Shown: positions 1 to 10,559, numbered from the stretch's first letter. The stretch is DNA of 58,975 nucleotides from an uncultured Bacillota bacterium (GCA_946407495.1 CAMJOB010000004.1:1-58975); one strand, 5' to 3'. Made by a program: numbers and translations. The notes: generated by a model not told the origin, from the letters alone.

Positions 1-445
1 TCACGCACTATCATCTTTTTATAGACAACTTCTTCAATAGTAAGACCTGTTTCTGCTGTAAGTTGTTCGTTTACAGCACGTATCTTATCTATATCTTCAC
101 GAGGAATATAAATAGTTTGACCATCAGTATTTGTTTGTATGAACTTTAATCGTGGACAAACTTTAACCCAACGTTCAGCCCACATACAAATAAATAATTG
201 ACCTGCTACTGTTGTTTTAAATGTATACAATGGATCGTATAAGAAAGAAGTTTCTTCCTTACTTTTACCGTATGTTCCATTAAGAATAAGTTTATATCCT
301 TCAATAAGAACATTATCCCTTAATTCTTTTGCTTTATGTTTTTCATTTAATCTAGTATCAATAAACCCTATATATTGTTCATTGAATACAGGACCAAGAT
401 GTTCAGGATATAATTTAAGAGATTTACTTATACTAGGATATAGTG
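1..445 (-). CDS. polB: DNA polymerase family B, exon 2 (runs off window edge)
   Basis: Translation from 445 gives (S)LYPSISKS...KLILNGTYG...QTNTDG, i.e. PolB motifs A (end), B and C. Confidence 0.93.
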
Positions 446-811
446 TAATTGTGTTATATATACTAAGATAAATGATTGTATATAAGTCAATAGGTTTTCC
501 CTATTAGTTCAGACTATATCACAAATTATTTGCGAATTTACCTTTTAAAATTAAGGTTATATCCAAATAATTTTGGAAATTTTTCGGATACAGTTATCAG
601 TTGTACCCTACTCCTAAAAAGGATAGTCGTTGAACCTTCTTCCAAAAATTGGAAGCTTGGCTGCGTTTTGATGTGATTACCCAATACTTAATGCTTTTAC
701 GATCCGTAAAGCGTTAACTTTACTGCTACCTAATATATTACTATTTAGTGCCGTGATTAAGTCTCTAAGGGACTCCCCGCAATTTATTTCCATTTTAGTT
801 GGACCACTTTA
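446..811 (-). mobile_element. Group I intron in polB, no ORF
   Basis: P1 GUUGGAU/GUCCAAC with U.G at the 5' splice site; R element CAACGACUA (~625-633); S element GAUAUAGUCU (~511-520); P10 AGUG/CACU; splicing restores DYDVGSLYP. Confidence 0.9.
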
Positions 812-1784
812 ATCCAACATCATAGTCTACAATTACCCAATCTTTATTGGATTCCCATACTTTAGGTTCACAACATCCATGACTTCCTCCAAGACCAAAA
901 TCAAATTTATAATTATGGAATATTACAGAATATTGAAATTCTCCTTTAACTCCTCTAATTGTTTTATTTTGAATTTGATTTAAAAAGTTTTTAAACTCTG
1001 GAGATTCAATTTTACACCAATATGGAATACAATCTTTTAAGTTTATTGTAGAACGGTGAGTTCCTCCACGTTGTTTGATAACGTACTTTGGAATACCTAC
1101 TTTTCTTGAATACAAAGTAAGCATTAATTCCTCTCCCATAGGAACGTCACCCATGTTTATAACATTAACATTGAATTTTTTATTAATTTTCTCTCTAAGT
1201 TCAATTTTATTCTTTCCTTTATAGATTGAATAATCAGTTCGACCTAAAGTTACATTTAAAAATAAATAAGTTGCCCAAACATCGTTTTTATTGTAATCCA
1301 AAATACATATTTCGTCACCTGGTTTACACCAATGAGTATGGTGTATAGGCATTTCTTCCACATTTTCCATTCTCATACAAATCTCAAGATCCTTCAATGA
1401 GGTAGAACGTGCAGCATTATTATAATGCCATATTCTAAACAAATCAATTTGAGGAATAAATTTATTCTTATCAGCAATTGCACTGAATTGTTGATTTATT
1501 ATTTCTTGAGATTTATTATATAATTTTTGAGCAACAATATTTCCACTTAATTTTTTGTATTCGTCATAATGTTTAATCACATGATGTAATAATGGATAAT
1601 CATAACTCTCGTTATTAAATCCTACCATAATAAGTTTGTCTCTTTTTAAATGCTCAATTAATTTATCATAGTCATTTCGCCAATTACAAATTACAAATTG
1701 AAACCATTCTTTAGTTTTTGGAGCATAACCTGTATACGTAAAAACATTAGCTAAACATTCTAAATCGTATACTTCTAATATCAT
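812..1784 (-). CDS. polB: DNA polymerase family B, exon 1 (3'-5' exonuclease domain)
   Basis: ExoI YDLE, ExoII GFNNESYD, ExoIII YNKND; ends at motif A DYDVG. Confidence 0.93.
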
Positions 1785-2020
1785 TTCAACGCAGTTTCTT
1801 TAAGTTCAATATGTTTAAGTTCAATATATTTATTTTGATACCATTGAGCTTTCTTGAGATCTTCTTCTCCGTTTTTATTTTCAAATCTCCATTGATATTT
1901 AAAAGCATTACATTTACAAAAATCCATTACTGCTTTTAAACCATATGCAGCAATCATAGCATCAATACATTCAATACTACCAGATGCATAATGTGAAGGA
2001 TGATTTACATTATCACTCAT
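1781..2020 (-). CDS. DUF3310 family protein (T7 gp1.7-like nucleotide kinase domain)
   Basis: VNHPSHY..IECID..KYQWR..K.G.EDLKKAQWY signature. Confidence 0.85.
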   Translation of the reverse strand: MSDNVNHPSHYASGSIECIDAMIAAYGLKAVMDFCKCNAFKYQWRFENKNGEEDLKKAQWYQNKYIELKHIELKETALK

Positions 2021-2940
2021 ATAATATATGTTTTTAAGATAGATTTATATTTTACAATAATCTGTTCTATTGCTTTATCTTTAATCTGTCTTATTCTCTC
2101 TGATGTAACTCCGAACTTAGGAGCTATTTGATCTAACTGCATTGCATCACAATCTATTCCGAAAAACATTTGTAATATTACTTTTTCGCGAGGAGATAAC
2201 TTATCTAAAACTCTATTTATATCTTGTTTTAAAGAAGAATCCATTAGATTTTTATCAGAATCTTCACAATTTGGATTTCTAACAACATCAAGTAAACAAC
2301 CAGAGTCTTCTTCTGTAGTAAATGGAGTATCAACAGAAATACAGCTTGAATTATAACTATAAATCTTGTTTATTTTTTCAACCGATATTCCTGTTAATTT
2401 AGATAATTCTTCATAAGAAGGTTTAATTCCATTTAATTGTTCGAACTTATTAACTGCGTTATTAAGTTTAGATAAAGAAGCAGATTGATTTACAGGTGTT
2501 TTAATAGTTCTACTTTTTAAAGCTATCGCTTGCATTATGAATTGTCTAATCCACCATACTGCATAACTTATAAATTTATATCCTTTATTAGGATCGAACT
2601 TTTTAGCTGCTTGTATCATACCAAGATTACCTTCATTTACTAAATCAATGAAAGGTAAACCTTGATTACAATACTGTTTTGCTACAGAAATAACAAATTT
2701 TAAATTAGCACTTACAAGTTTATTAACTGCTTTATTAATTTCTATTTCAGTTAATCGTTTTTCTTGTAAAGATAATTCTTCTGAATTATTTAATTTCTTA
2801 AGGTTATTTTGAATTATATAACCTAATTCTAACTCTTCTTCTTTCGTTAATAAAGGTATTTTAGATATATCTCTAAAATAATTTTTAATAGATATATCAT
2901 CTTTATTAGTAATAGACTGAGTTATTTTAAATGGTTTCAT
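2017..2940 (-). CDS. RNA polymerase sigma-70 factor (RpoD/SigA-like)
   Basis: Region 2 NLKFVISVAKQY..DLVNEGNLG..KFISYAVWWIRQ; region 4 HTH VTSERIRQIK. Confidence 0.93.
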   Translation of the reverse strand: MKPFKITQSITNKDDISIKNYFRDISKIPLLTKEEELELGYIIQNNLKKLNNSEELSLQEKRLTEIEINKAVNKLVSANLKFVISVAKQYCNQGLPFIDLVNEGNLGMIQAAKKFDPNKGYKFISYAVWWIRQFIMQAIALKSRTIKTPVNQSASLSKLNNAVNKFEQLNGIKPSYEELSKLTGISVEKINKIYSYNSSCISVDTPFTTEEDSGCLLDVVRNPNCEDSDKNLMDSSLKQDINRVLDKLSPREKVILQMFFGIDCDAMQLDQIAPKFGVTSERIRQIKDKAIEQIIVKYKSILKTYII

Positions 2941-3131
2941 TATTCGTTTTCACACGCTACAACGTCAGGTTCAGATGTCCAATTTTCCCACTCGTCACGG
3001 TGGCTATCTGTTTCATCTACATCTCCGTTATAGTATTTATCCAAAGCTTCTTCTTCACTTTCAGCTTCTACTAAATAGCTAGTTTTCTCTACCCATTCAC
3101 CTCTTGTTTCTACACTTACTTCGTATAACAT
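2940..3131 (-). CDS. Small acidic protein (EAESxEEA family)
   Basis: ORF coupled to neighbours; VEAESEEEA motif. Confidence 0.7.
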   Translation of the reverse strand: MLYEVSVETRGEWVEKTSYLVEAESEEEALDKYYNGDVDETDSHRDEWENWTSEPDVVACENE

Positions 3132-3133
3132 AA

Positions 3134-3466
3134 TTATAACTTAATTTGTGTTAGTTTGTTTAAATAATCTACCATTGCTTTATCGTTCTTATCAACTAAA
3201 GTCGCATGAGGTCCAATCAAAGCTTCCCATTCTTTGTCATATTCAGGAAAATCATCATCTTCAGAACATCCTTCAGCTAAATTATCAGATCCCCAACTAC
3301 CTACATATAGATCATATAATCTATACCAAACATCACTACTTAAAATTAAATCCTCAACTTCCTCTTCTGGATTTTTAGAATTTAATGTTAAATTTGTTTT
3401 TAGTGCATAAGAATCAACTTCTCTATCATCAGAATAAACTTCGATTAAGAATAAATGCTCTTCCAT
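3134..3466 (-). CDS. Acidic hypothetical protein, paralog of 3466-3807
   Basis: Shared LFxIExYxDD and ATLVxxND motifs. Confidence 0.7.
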   Translation of the reverse strand: MEEHLFLIEVYSDDREVDSYALKTNLTLNSKNPEEEVEDLILSSDVWYRLYDLYVGSWGSDNLAEGCSEDDDFPEYDKEWEALIGPHATLVDKNDKAMVDYLNKLTQIKL

Positions 3467-3807
3467 TAAACTTCAATTTGAGGTAAATTATTATAAGTAT
3501 CTATCATTTCGTTATCATTAGGATTTACGAGAGTTGCATAAACAGATATTGTTTTAATAAAATCATTTATTAATGTATTATTAAAGAATTTATTTTCTAT
3601 AGCATATTCTCTATAATCTTCCCAATGTTTAGCAACATAATCTTTACGTAATTTTTCAAATAAAGATTTGTTTTCTTCAACTTTAGTTTGAGCTTCATCT
3701 TCAAGTGCCCAATTAGCATTAGGATTCAAGTCAAGAGCTAAAGCGTAACGATCTATATCGATATAATCATCTGGATAGATTTCAATTATAAATAAATATT
3801 TATACAT
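3466..3807 (-). CDS. Acidic hypothetical protein, paralog of 3134-3466
   Basis: Shared LFxIExYxDD and ATLVxxND motifs. Confidence 0.7.
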   Translation of the reverse strand: MYKYLFIIEIYPDDYIDIDRYALALDLNPNANWALEDEAQTKVEENKSLFEKLRKDYVAKHWEDYREYAIENKFFNNTLINDFIKTISVYATLVNPNDNEMIDTYNNLPQIEV

Positions 3808-4075
3808 AACCGAGTCTTTCTTTTAATCTTATTAATTTGTCTTCAAACATTTGTTTAACACAATCTTCTCCAAATATTTTAGACATTTGAATACACATGA
3901 TTAAAACATCAGCTATTTCTTCACAAATATCTGATTTGGTTACTCTATCTCTACGATATTTAGCAAGAGCATTACCTAATTCAGACATTTCTTCTATAGT
4001 CATCCAAATTTGAGGTTCTTGACCATAAGTTTCAATAGCCTTAGTTGTAATTTCATTTATTTCTTTTAGTTCCAT
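3800..4075 (-). CDS. MazG-like NTP pyrophosphohydrolase
   Basis: EEMSEL...EEIADV motifs. Confidence 0.8.
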   Translation of the reverse strand: MELKEINEITTKAIETYGQEPQIWMTIEEMSELGNALAKYRRDRVTKSDICEEIADVLIMCIQMSKIFGEDCVKQMFEDKLIRLKERLGYV

Positions 4076-4086
4076 TGTAAATAAAA

Positions 4087-4299
4087 TTACATTTCAACAG
4101 TTTTACCTCTACAATCAGTTATAGAAATAAGATCATCTTCATCTTCTGGTTCCCTATCTACTTCCTTTATTATTCTTTCATTATAGTAATCGCCACAATA
4201 AAATTTACTTTCTGCTTCTCTTACAGAATCAGCATCAACTGTAGCGGTCATAAGGTTTATTACTTTATCAGTAGCATTAAATAAAATTTGATATTTCAT
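4087..4299 (-). CDS. Small acidic protein (EAESxEEA family)
   Basis: Probable start MKYQI at 4299; VDADSVREA motif. Confidence 0.65.
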   Translation of the reverse strand: MKYQILFNATDKVINLMTATVDADSVREAESKFYCGDYYNERIIKEVDREPEDEDDLISITDCRGKTVEM

Positions 4300-4303
4300 A
4301 ATT

Positions 4304-4699
4304 TTACCAATCGTATATAAATCCAATAATATTATCACTTATGATTGTGTCATATATTTCTTTCTGAAGATCTTCTTTAGTAACACCTTTTTCTTTACAT
4401 ATTTCTGTTATACAACCTTCATAATCTTCATTTATCCAATCACTAATTTGTGAAAAATAAATTGTTTCACATCTATTAACCCAAGACCCACTAATGTAAT
4501 CAGTGTATACATCAAAAATTCTATTAGTCATTATAAAACCTTCTATTTCAAATAGTTTGGAATCTTCAAATATTCTAATAGCTTGTTCATAATTTATTTT
4601 CTTTTCATCTATTAGTTGTTGGACTTCTTTTTTAAGATCTTCTCTCAAATTAGAAAGACGTTCTTTATAAGGCTTTAAAAATTCAATTTCATCGATCAT
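4304..4699 (-). CDS. Hypothetical protein
   Basis: Operon-packed ORF. Confidence 0.65.
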   Translation of the reverse strand: MIDEIEFLKPYKERLSNLREDLKKEVQQLIDEKKINYEQAIRIFEDSKLFEIEGFIMTNRIFDVYTDYISGSWVNRCETIYFSQISDWINEDYEGCITEICKEKGVTKEDLQKEIYDTIISDNIIGFIYDW

Positions 4700-4902
4700 A
4701 AAACTTGGTCTCCTTCTTCATTAAAAACACCTGTAACATACGCTTCTGTGGCGTCTCCCCAATCTGGTTCTGTATTTGAAAACATATATTCACCATCACC
4801 GTCATTTACTTTATCACGAGCTTCTTTTGGAGATTCTGCTTCTATTTCATAGTAATCATAACTATGTATTATATGATGTACTTCAACTTGATATTTACTC
4901 AT
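4696..4902 (-). CDS. Small acidic protein (EAESxEEA family)
   Basis: IEAESPKEA motif. Confidence 0.7.
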   Translation of the reverse strand: MSKYQVEVHHIIHSYDYYEIEAESPKEARDKVNDGDGEYMFSNTEPDWGDATEAYVTGVFNEEGDQVL

Positions 4903-6079
4903 AGTCTCTAATTGCTTTTAATACAGGTTGTAATGGTGTTCCATCATCACTATAATAGAAGAATTTAACAGTAGCCATTTTACCTATAAGTTCATCGAGG
5001 TCTTTACGATATTGGTCTTTAAGTTCACGAGAACCCATTGGCTTAGCTTTAAATTCAATTCCATCAGCAGTTTTTAATGTAAAACACATATCTTCATCTC
5101 TAAGTCCTTCAGATATACCTGTGATTTCAAACTCTGCATCTTGATACATTTTGAACTTAATCATTTCAGATCCACGTCCACCATTCTTATATAATCCTTT
5201 AGGATCTCGAACAACACATCCTTCCCAACCTTCTGCAACATATTTATCATGGAGCGCGATAATATTCTCTTTGCCAGAAACCTTTTCTTGCGGAACCATT
5301 TGTACGCGTAAATCGTTATCGGACCAGACCCTGTTTGGATCAAATCCCAAATTGAGTTCGAGGCTGATTCTATTGAGTGTTTGAAGTCGCTCGGAGAAAG
5401 GTTTTGGTTCCATGACATCATAAATGTAATATTCGAGCCAGTCGCAACCATCAGCAGTTTTCTCCATTCGTGCAGCTCCCGAAATTTGTTGTAAAGATTT
5501 TCCATGTTTGTAAAGTTCTCCATCAAGTATAATATTTGGATTATTTTTAAAGAACTCAATAAATTCTGGATTAGTTCTTAATTGATAAGTAGAATAATCA
5601 TAATGACCACCTCCACGAGATGCTGTATGAATTTCTCCGTCTTTCCAATAGAATGAACAACGTACACCATCTATTTTACGACTAGCATACCAAAATTCAG
5701 GTTTATTAATTGTTCTATCGGAAACTTTATCAGCTTGTTTAGCTAACATATGTTTAGCAAAACCGTTAGAGTCAGTTACAATTTCTCCTACTATACTATT
5801 TAATTCTTCAGAAGTATAAGTATCAATAGGATTATCAATTGGTTTATATCCTTTATCAAGTTTTTCTTTAATTAAAGAATTAAATTTAAGTTCAGCCTGT
5901 TCACTAACAGTTCTCTTAGCTTTTCCTTCAGAAATTATAATGTCTGGTTGCTGAGTTCGTTTTCCTCCATATTGATATGTTACTCTTGTAATTAAATAAC
6001 TTCCATCATCCAATAGGGTTTTTTCAAATTCAGCAACTCTAATTTTACCTTTAGCGTCTTTAGTAATAAGTGTATTCAT
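4895..6079 (-). CDS. lig: ATP-dependent DNA ligase
   Basis: KIDGVR adenylation motif, LDGELY, YIYD, EGCVVR, KFK. Confidence 0.93.
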   Translation of the reverse strand: MNTLITKDAKGKIRVAEFEKTLLDDGSYLITRVTYQYGGKRTQQPDIIISEGKAKRTVSEQAELKFNSLIKEKLDKGYKPIDNPIDTYTSEELNSIVGEIVTDSNGFAKHMLAKQADKVSDRTINKPEFWYASRKIDGVRCSFYWKDGEIHTASRGGGHYDYSTYQLRTNPEFIEFFKNNPNIILDGELYKHGKSLQQISGAARMEKTADGCDWLEYYIYDVMEPKPFSERLQTLNRISLELNLGFDPNRVWSDNDLRVQMVPQEKVSGKENIIALHDKYVAEGWEGCVVRDPKGLYKNGGRGSEMIKFKMYQDAEFEITGISEGLRDEDMCFTLKTADGIEFKAKPMGSRELKDQYRKDLDELIGKMATVKFFYYSDDGTPLQPVLKAIRDYE

Positions 6080-6513
6080 TCAATGACTTCTTTAATTTTA
6101 GAAATAATTTCGTCATCTGTCCAAGTATAAGGTATTTCTAAAAACGTAATATTACGTTTATTACACCAATCCATAACAGCAATATCACGTTTACGCTGTT
6201 CTAAATACTTGTCATATGTTTTATGAAAATAATTAGAGAATTTATAATGTTGTTCACCATTATATTCAATTGCAATTCTCTTATTATCTTTAAAAACCAT
6301 AAAATCTATATAAGCATTGTTAGTTTTTCTAATACCACGTGGGAGTTTTATATGATATTGAGATTTAAACAGAACGTCACTATGTGAAAGAAACGATTTA
6401 ATCATAGCTTCACATCGTGACATTCTTTGTTTATTCTTTTTGAATCCTCTATATTTTAAATATAAGTATCCAAAATGAATATACTTTTTAATCCTCTTCA
6501 GACCTTTCATCAT
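6076..6513 (-). CDS. PD-(D/E)XK / Vsr-like endonuclease
   Basis: IDF..IAIEYNGEQHY..RD..K..WC..IPY pattern. Confidence 0.7.
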   Translation of the reverse strand: MMKGLKRIKKYIHFGYLYLKYRGFKKNKQRMSRCEAMIKSFLSHSDVLFKSQYHIKLPRGIRKTNNAYIDFMVFKDNKRIAIEYNGEQHYKFSNYFHKTYDKYLEQRKRDIAVMDWCNKRNITFLEIPYTWTDDEIISKIKEVIE

Positions 6514-6796
6514 AGATTATTTCGGACATTCCACTTTCATCCTCTGCGGGATATATTTCAAATGAAACATCTTGCATAAATATATCGAATCTATCGTCCT
6601 CATCTTCGTCCTCGTATATATCTTCTACTAAATTTCCAAAACTATCATATAAATCACAACAGATTTCCTCTATTATATCACCATTGAACCAATCTGATTT
6701 TTCAGGATTAGTTTTAGAATATGCACCGAAAAGTAAACTTGCATCACTTGCAACTGGTGCTTTAGCTCTAATTGCCCATAACTTTATTTCTTCCAT
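6488..6796 (-). CDS. Acidic hypothetical protein
   Basis: Operon-packed ORF. Confidence 0.65.
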   Translation of the reverse strand: MEEIKLWAIRAKAPVASDASLLFGAYSKTNPEKSDWFNGDIIEEICCDLYDSFGNLVEDIYEDEDEDDRFDIFMQDVSFEIYPAEDESGMSEIIYDERSEED

Positions 6797-6798
6797 AT

Positions 6799-7236
6799 TT
6801 AATCCTTTTTAGTGTGTCCAAATCCACCTTCACCACGTTCTGTTTCATCTAAACTTCCAGCAATAATCCATTCGACTTGTTCATGCTTAGCAATGACCAT
6901 TTGGGCAATACGCTCTCCAGGAACTATTGTATAAGCAGCATCACCTTGATTAATAAGCAATACCATGATTTCTCCACGATAATCAGCGTCTATAGTGCCA
7001 GGAGAATTAAGTACAGTAATTCCATATTTTAGTGCAAGTCCACTACGAGGTCTTATTTGTGCTTCATAACCAACAGGAAGTTGTATATATAATCCTGTAG
7101 AAACAAGTTTTCTTTCACGAGGAAATAATATTAAATCTTCTTCAATGTTTGCACGAAGATCCATACCTGCACTTTGTGGAGTAGCATATTTAGGAAGATC
7201 GTAATTAGATTTATTAATTATATTAACTTTCAGCAT
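6799..7236 (-). CDS. dut: Trimeric dUTPase
   Basis: [31 protein letters not shown]; probable start 7236. Confidence 0.95.
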   Translation of the reverse strand: MLKVNIINKSNYDLPKYATPQSAGMDLRANIEEDLILFPRERKLVSTGLYIQLPVGYEAQIRPRSGLALKYGITVLNSPGTIDADYRGEIMVLLINQGDAAYTIVPGERIAQMVIAKHEQVEWIIAGSLDETERGEGGFGHTKKD

Positions 7237-7654
7237 TTTCGTTTGATGAGAATAGTTCTTCAATAGCATCTATCATATCTTTAGCATCATATTCTGTTAT
7301 TTCAAATGAATAAATAGAATTTAATGTTAAAAATAGTTTCTTATCCCAATCTATATCTACAATGTTAGAAGTATAATAGAACTGTGAATCATCTCCCAAG
7401 TGTAAAGACATTCCTTTTGTTAATATTGCAAACCAACCAGATACTGATTCATTTGTAAATAAATATCCAATATTATTAGAAATTTTCTTAATCTTAATCC
7501 AACCAGATTTAGAATTTTTAATTCCTTCAATTAATTTTGGATCTTTAACTAAATTTTCAAGTTCGTTTTCAGGTGTTAGTTTAAGTTTAAGAAGTTCATA
7601 AATGTTTTTCGGAAGGCTTGTAATTCCTGGGATTTTCTCATTTCTGTTTCTCAT
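7223..7654 (-). CDS. Hypothetical protein
   Basis: Operon-packed ORF. Confidence 0.65.
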   Translation of the reverse strand: MRNRNEKIPGITSLPKNIYELLKLKLTPENELENLVKDPKLIEGIKNSKSGWIKIKKISNNIGYLFTNESVSGWFAILTKGMSLHLGDDSQFYYTSNIVDIDWDKKLFLTLNSIYSFEITEYDAKDMIDAIEELFSSNENAES

Positions 7655-7898
7655 ATTCTAAGAAATCTTTAAAAACATTACTACTAGCTTCAGAATAAAA
7701 TCCTTTTATTAGGTTATTATCATCATCGATAATACCAATAAAAGGAGTTTTTCTTGCAGCAAATCTACCTTTAATTTTATATGCATCTTTCTTTTCCTTG
7801 AAATTACCCTCATTAATAATGATAGGTTCATATTCAAGTACTTCAGATGGAATATCATCAAAATTATGAATTAGGTAAATTTTCATTTGATTTATCAA
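7638..7898 (-). CDS. Hypothetical protein, possible thioredoxin-like fold
   Basis: KTPF..IKGFY resembles the cis-Pro region; no CxxC. Confidence 0.5.
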   Translation of the reverse strand: MINQMKIYLIHNFDDIPSEVLEYEPIIINEGNFKEKKDAYKIKGRFAARKTPFIGIIDDDNNLIKGFYSEASSNVFKDFLEYEKQK

Positions 7899-7964
7899 TT
7901 AAATAATAACCGAACCCAAGGAATCCGATTATTAACATAATAAATAGTATACAAGCGAATGTAT

Positions 7965-8309
7965 TCATTCTCTCATTATTAAGTCGATTTTAATACTTGG
8001 ATCATGACGATATTCATTTTCAAAATGTCTTTGTGCTTCATCATACGAATTAGCATCAGTCCATTCTTTGAAATCATCAATTATTTCTCCATTATCATCT
8101 ACTTTCCTATAATAACAAATGTATCTTTTTAAGAAGTCCTTAGATTCTACTTCTTTTTTAATAGCTTCTGTAGACTTCTTTTTCTTTTTAACTGTAGGTG
8201 TAGCTGATTTTAGATAATGCTTTTTGCCTTCATCATCTACAAAGAACTGACCACCTTTTTTACCAGTTTGGATTTCATATTCTTTACCTTTGTACTTATG
8301 CGTTGCCAT
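7965..8309 (-). CDS. Hypothetical protein (basic N-terminus, ANSxDEA C-terminal domain)
   Basis: ORF track. Confidence 0.65.
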   Translation of the reverse strand: MATHKYKGKEYEIQTGKKGGQFFVDDEGKKHYLKSATPTVKKKKKSTEAIKKEVESKDFLKRYICYYRKVDDNGEIIDDFKEWTDANSYDEAQRHFENEYRHDPSIKIDLIMRE

Positions 8310-8821
8310 AAAGAAAGATTATTTTTAAATATATAATAATCTAGCATTTCATTAACCAATTCCTTATGATTAAATGCCCATTTAAAGTTATTAATCTTTT
8401 CAATAGGAATCCATTCAATTTTTTCAACTTCATCTGTTTCACTATAAGAATTAGTTGTAGTAGGAAGATAATCACGTTTTAACAAATAGAAATATCTAAA
8501 TGTTATATTTTGACGTTTATCGCCAAAAGGATCATCATTGATTTTATAAAATACTAAATTATCAGGTTTAACAATAACACCTGTTTCTTCAAATAATTCA
8601 CGAGTTGCAGCGTGTCTTAATGTTTCATTATAATCAAGATAACCACAACATAAGTTCCAAGATCCAACAAATTCTGGATCTGGAGTTCCTTTACCTCTTT
8701 GTGATGCAAGAACATAGTATTTACCTTTTACTTTAGCAACAATAAGAGTTACTACACAAACAGAACGAGAAAGCCATCCTATTGGATTGCCTTCTATATC
8801 ATAACAAGGTTGATTTTTCAT
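8237..8821 (-). CDS. Nudix hydrolase (possible ADP-ribose pyrophosphatase)
   Basis: Nudix box GYLDYNETLRHAATRELFEETG; AFNH C-terminal motif; substrate is inferred. Confidence 0.88.
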   Translation of the reverse strand: MKNQPCYDIEGNPIGWLSRSVCVVTLIVAKVKGKYYVLASQRGKGTPDPEFVGSWNLCCGYLDYNETLRHAATRELFEETGVIVKPDNLVFYKINDDPFGDKRQNITFRYFYLLKRDYLPTTTNSYSETDEVEKIEWIPIEKINNFKWAFNHKELVNEMLDYYIFKNNLSLWQRISTKVKNMKSKLVKKVVSSL

Positions 8822-9420
8822 TATTCTTCAGATTCAAGTTCAAATTGCTTTTCAAAATCAAATTTCTCACCAATGAAAGCGATACCATCATAATATGGAG
8901 TTATATTCATACCAATACATTTAAGATTCTTATATGTTTCATAAACACAATAATCACCTGCTACACCACAAATGATAAATTCATCGTCTTCTCTATAGAA
9001 ACTTATATAATCAAAATTATCACCGTTTACTTTGAATTCAACTTCACCATTAGATAAAAATTCATTGATAAAGTGTGCAAATGCTCCATATTCTTCCTTG
9101 TTTTCATCAGAACCCTTCTTGATGATTTCAGGATATTTCTGTATTGAATATGCTGCTTTTATCAAAGGTTCTACAATATTAGAACCTTTTGTATATTTAA
9201 CACAATGAACAGGCCACTGACCACCATTCTCTTTAAAAGAACAATGAGTAAGAGGATGCCAATCCACTGTAAATATAACATTTACAGTATCCTTTTCATC
9301 TTTTAATGATTCAAGATACTTTTTAATGTTCTCAACTGCTACTTCAGCACCTTTTACATAAAGTGCACCTTCTGGATTGCAAAAATCCTCTTGACAATCA
9401 ACAATAATAATATGTTTCAT
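8821..9420 (-). CDS. pncA: Nicotinamidase (isochorismatase family)
   Basis: VDCQEDF, DWHP..H, WPVHCV..T.G, KG, GVAGDYCV. Confidence 0.9.
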   Translation of the reverse strand: MKHIIIVDCQEDFCNPEGALYVKGAEVAVENIKKYLESLKDEKDTVNVIFTVDWHPLTHCSFKENGGQWPVHCVKYTKGSNIVEPLIKAAYSIQKYPEIIKKGSDENKEEYGAFAHFINEFLSNGEVEFKVNGDNFDYISFYREDDEFIICGVAGDYCVYETYKNLKCIGMNITPYYDGIAFIGEKFDFEKQFELESEE

Positions 9421-9423
9421 AAT

Positions 9424-9555
9424 TTAATCTTTTGAAATTCTAATTCCGTCACGTATTGCACAATCAATACAATAACTATCTAAATCATAATAAAACTTAT
9501 CCTCTTTTGTAAGAGGTTTGCCACAGCAACAACAAGTTCCGTATTTATTTTTCAT
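9424..9555 (-). CDS. 43-aa zinc-finger protein (not in ORF track)
   Basis: MKNKYGTCCCCGKPL...YCIDC; fills the gap between neighbours. Confidence 0.6.
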   Translation of the reverse strand: MKNKYGTCCCCGKPLTKEDKFYYDLDSYCIDCAIRDGIRISKD

Positions 9556-9862
9556 CTTTCTTCAAAGTTGGTAAATATTCTCTATATAACTGATATATCT
9601 TTTTAATTATATTGATGTAATTTGCTTTACTCTTAATATAATCAAATACATACATTGCTACTGTATGAATTACACGAGCAGAAGGTTGTTCTGAAGAATA
9701 TTCATATCCTTTAACAAAAGCTTCTTGAAGTTCTTCAGTTTCATAAAGTTCTCGTGCTTTCTTATAGATCATAGTTCTATCTTCAAGATCTAAACTTTTA
9801 AAATAATCGGAAAGTTCAGTTCTTTTACGATCTAACTCTTTTGATAAAGACTCTTCTTTCAT
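9545..9862 (-). CDS. Hypothetical protein
   Basis: Probable start MKEES overlapping the nrdG stop. Confidence 0.6.
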   Translation of the reverse strand: MKEESLSKELDRKRTELSDYFKSLDLEDRTMIYKKARELYETEELQEAFVKGYEYSSEQPSARVIHTVAMYVFDYIKSKANYINIIKKIYQLYREYLPTLKKDEK

Positions 9863-10353
9863 TTTAATACTACAGTACCTTGTTTTATTGATTTTTGAAC
9901 ATCTATCACTCTTTGATTGGAACTTCCAACCCAAGGTTTATTAGGAGATTTTAATTCTTCTATAAAAGGACCATCACATAATACATCAACATTACTTAAT
10001 AAAATATAATATTTATTTATTAAATCCTCATATAAATATCCTGTATATATCCATACAGTTTTATTATATTTTTTAGCAAGATCAACAATTAAGCTAGTTT
10101 GTTTTACATTTTCTGGAGCTAATGGATCACCTCCACTTATTGTAACTCCAGCAATGTAATCTTCCTTTAGTTTATTCTCAAGATGCATTAATTTTTCTGC
10201 ATCTTTGAGTTCGTCATCAAAACTTGGAACTTTAAATTCCCAAGTCTCAGAATTAAAACATCCTTTACAATGATGATGGCACCCCTGAAGGAAAACCACT
10301 TCACGGATGCCATCTCCATTTAATAAATCATCATCGTAAATATGTATAATCAT
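9859..10353 (-). CDS. nrdG: Anaerobic ribonucleotide reductase activase
   Basis: NGDGIR..GCHHHCKGCFN radical-SAM motif, SGGDPL, GSSNQR. Confidence 0.95.
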   Translation of the reverse strand: MIIHIYDDDLLNGDGIREVVFLQGCHHHCKGCFNSETWEFKVPSFDDELKDAEKLMHLENKLKEDYIAGVTISGGDPLAPENVKQTSLIVDLAKKYNKTVWIYTGYLYEDLINKYYILLSNVDVLCDGPFIEELKSPNKPWVGSSNQRVIDVQKSIKQGTVVLK

Positions 10354-10355
10354 TT

Positions 10356-10559
10356 TTAAGATTCTTTACTTGCAGTAGGATCGTCTTTAGTAGGATTATC
10401 AGTAAATACATGATAGCCAAACCATAAATTTGCTAAAACTCCAACTCCAATTAAACTCCATTTTATTGCAGGCAATTCAAACATAGTTCCAATTAGAATT
10501 AGAAATATACCTAAAAAAGCAATACCACCTTTAATTAGATTTTTATTATTGTTACTCAT
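10356..10559 (-). CDS. Small two-TM membrane protein
   Basis: Two hydrophobic helices. Confidence 0.65.
   Translation of the reverse strand: MSNNNKNLIKGGIAFLGIFLILIGTMFELPAIKWSLIGVGVLANLWFGYHVFTDNPTKDDPTASKES

Noticed and set aside
1-1784. polB as a truncated pseudogene or frameshift
   Set aside because: A group I core and an in-frame splice restore motif A
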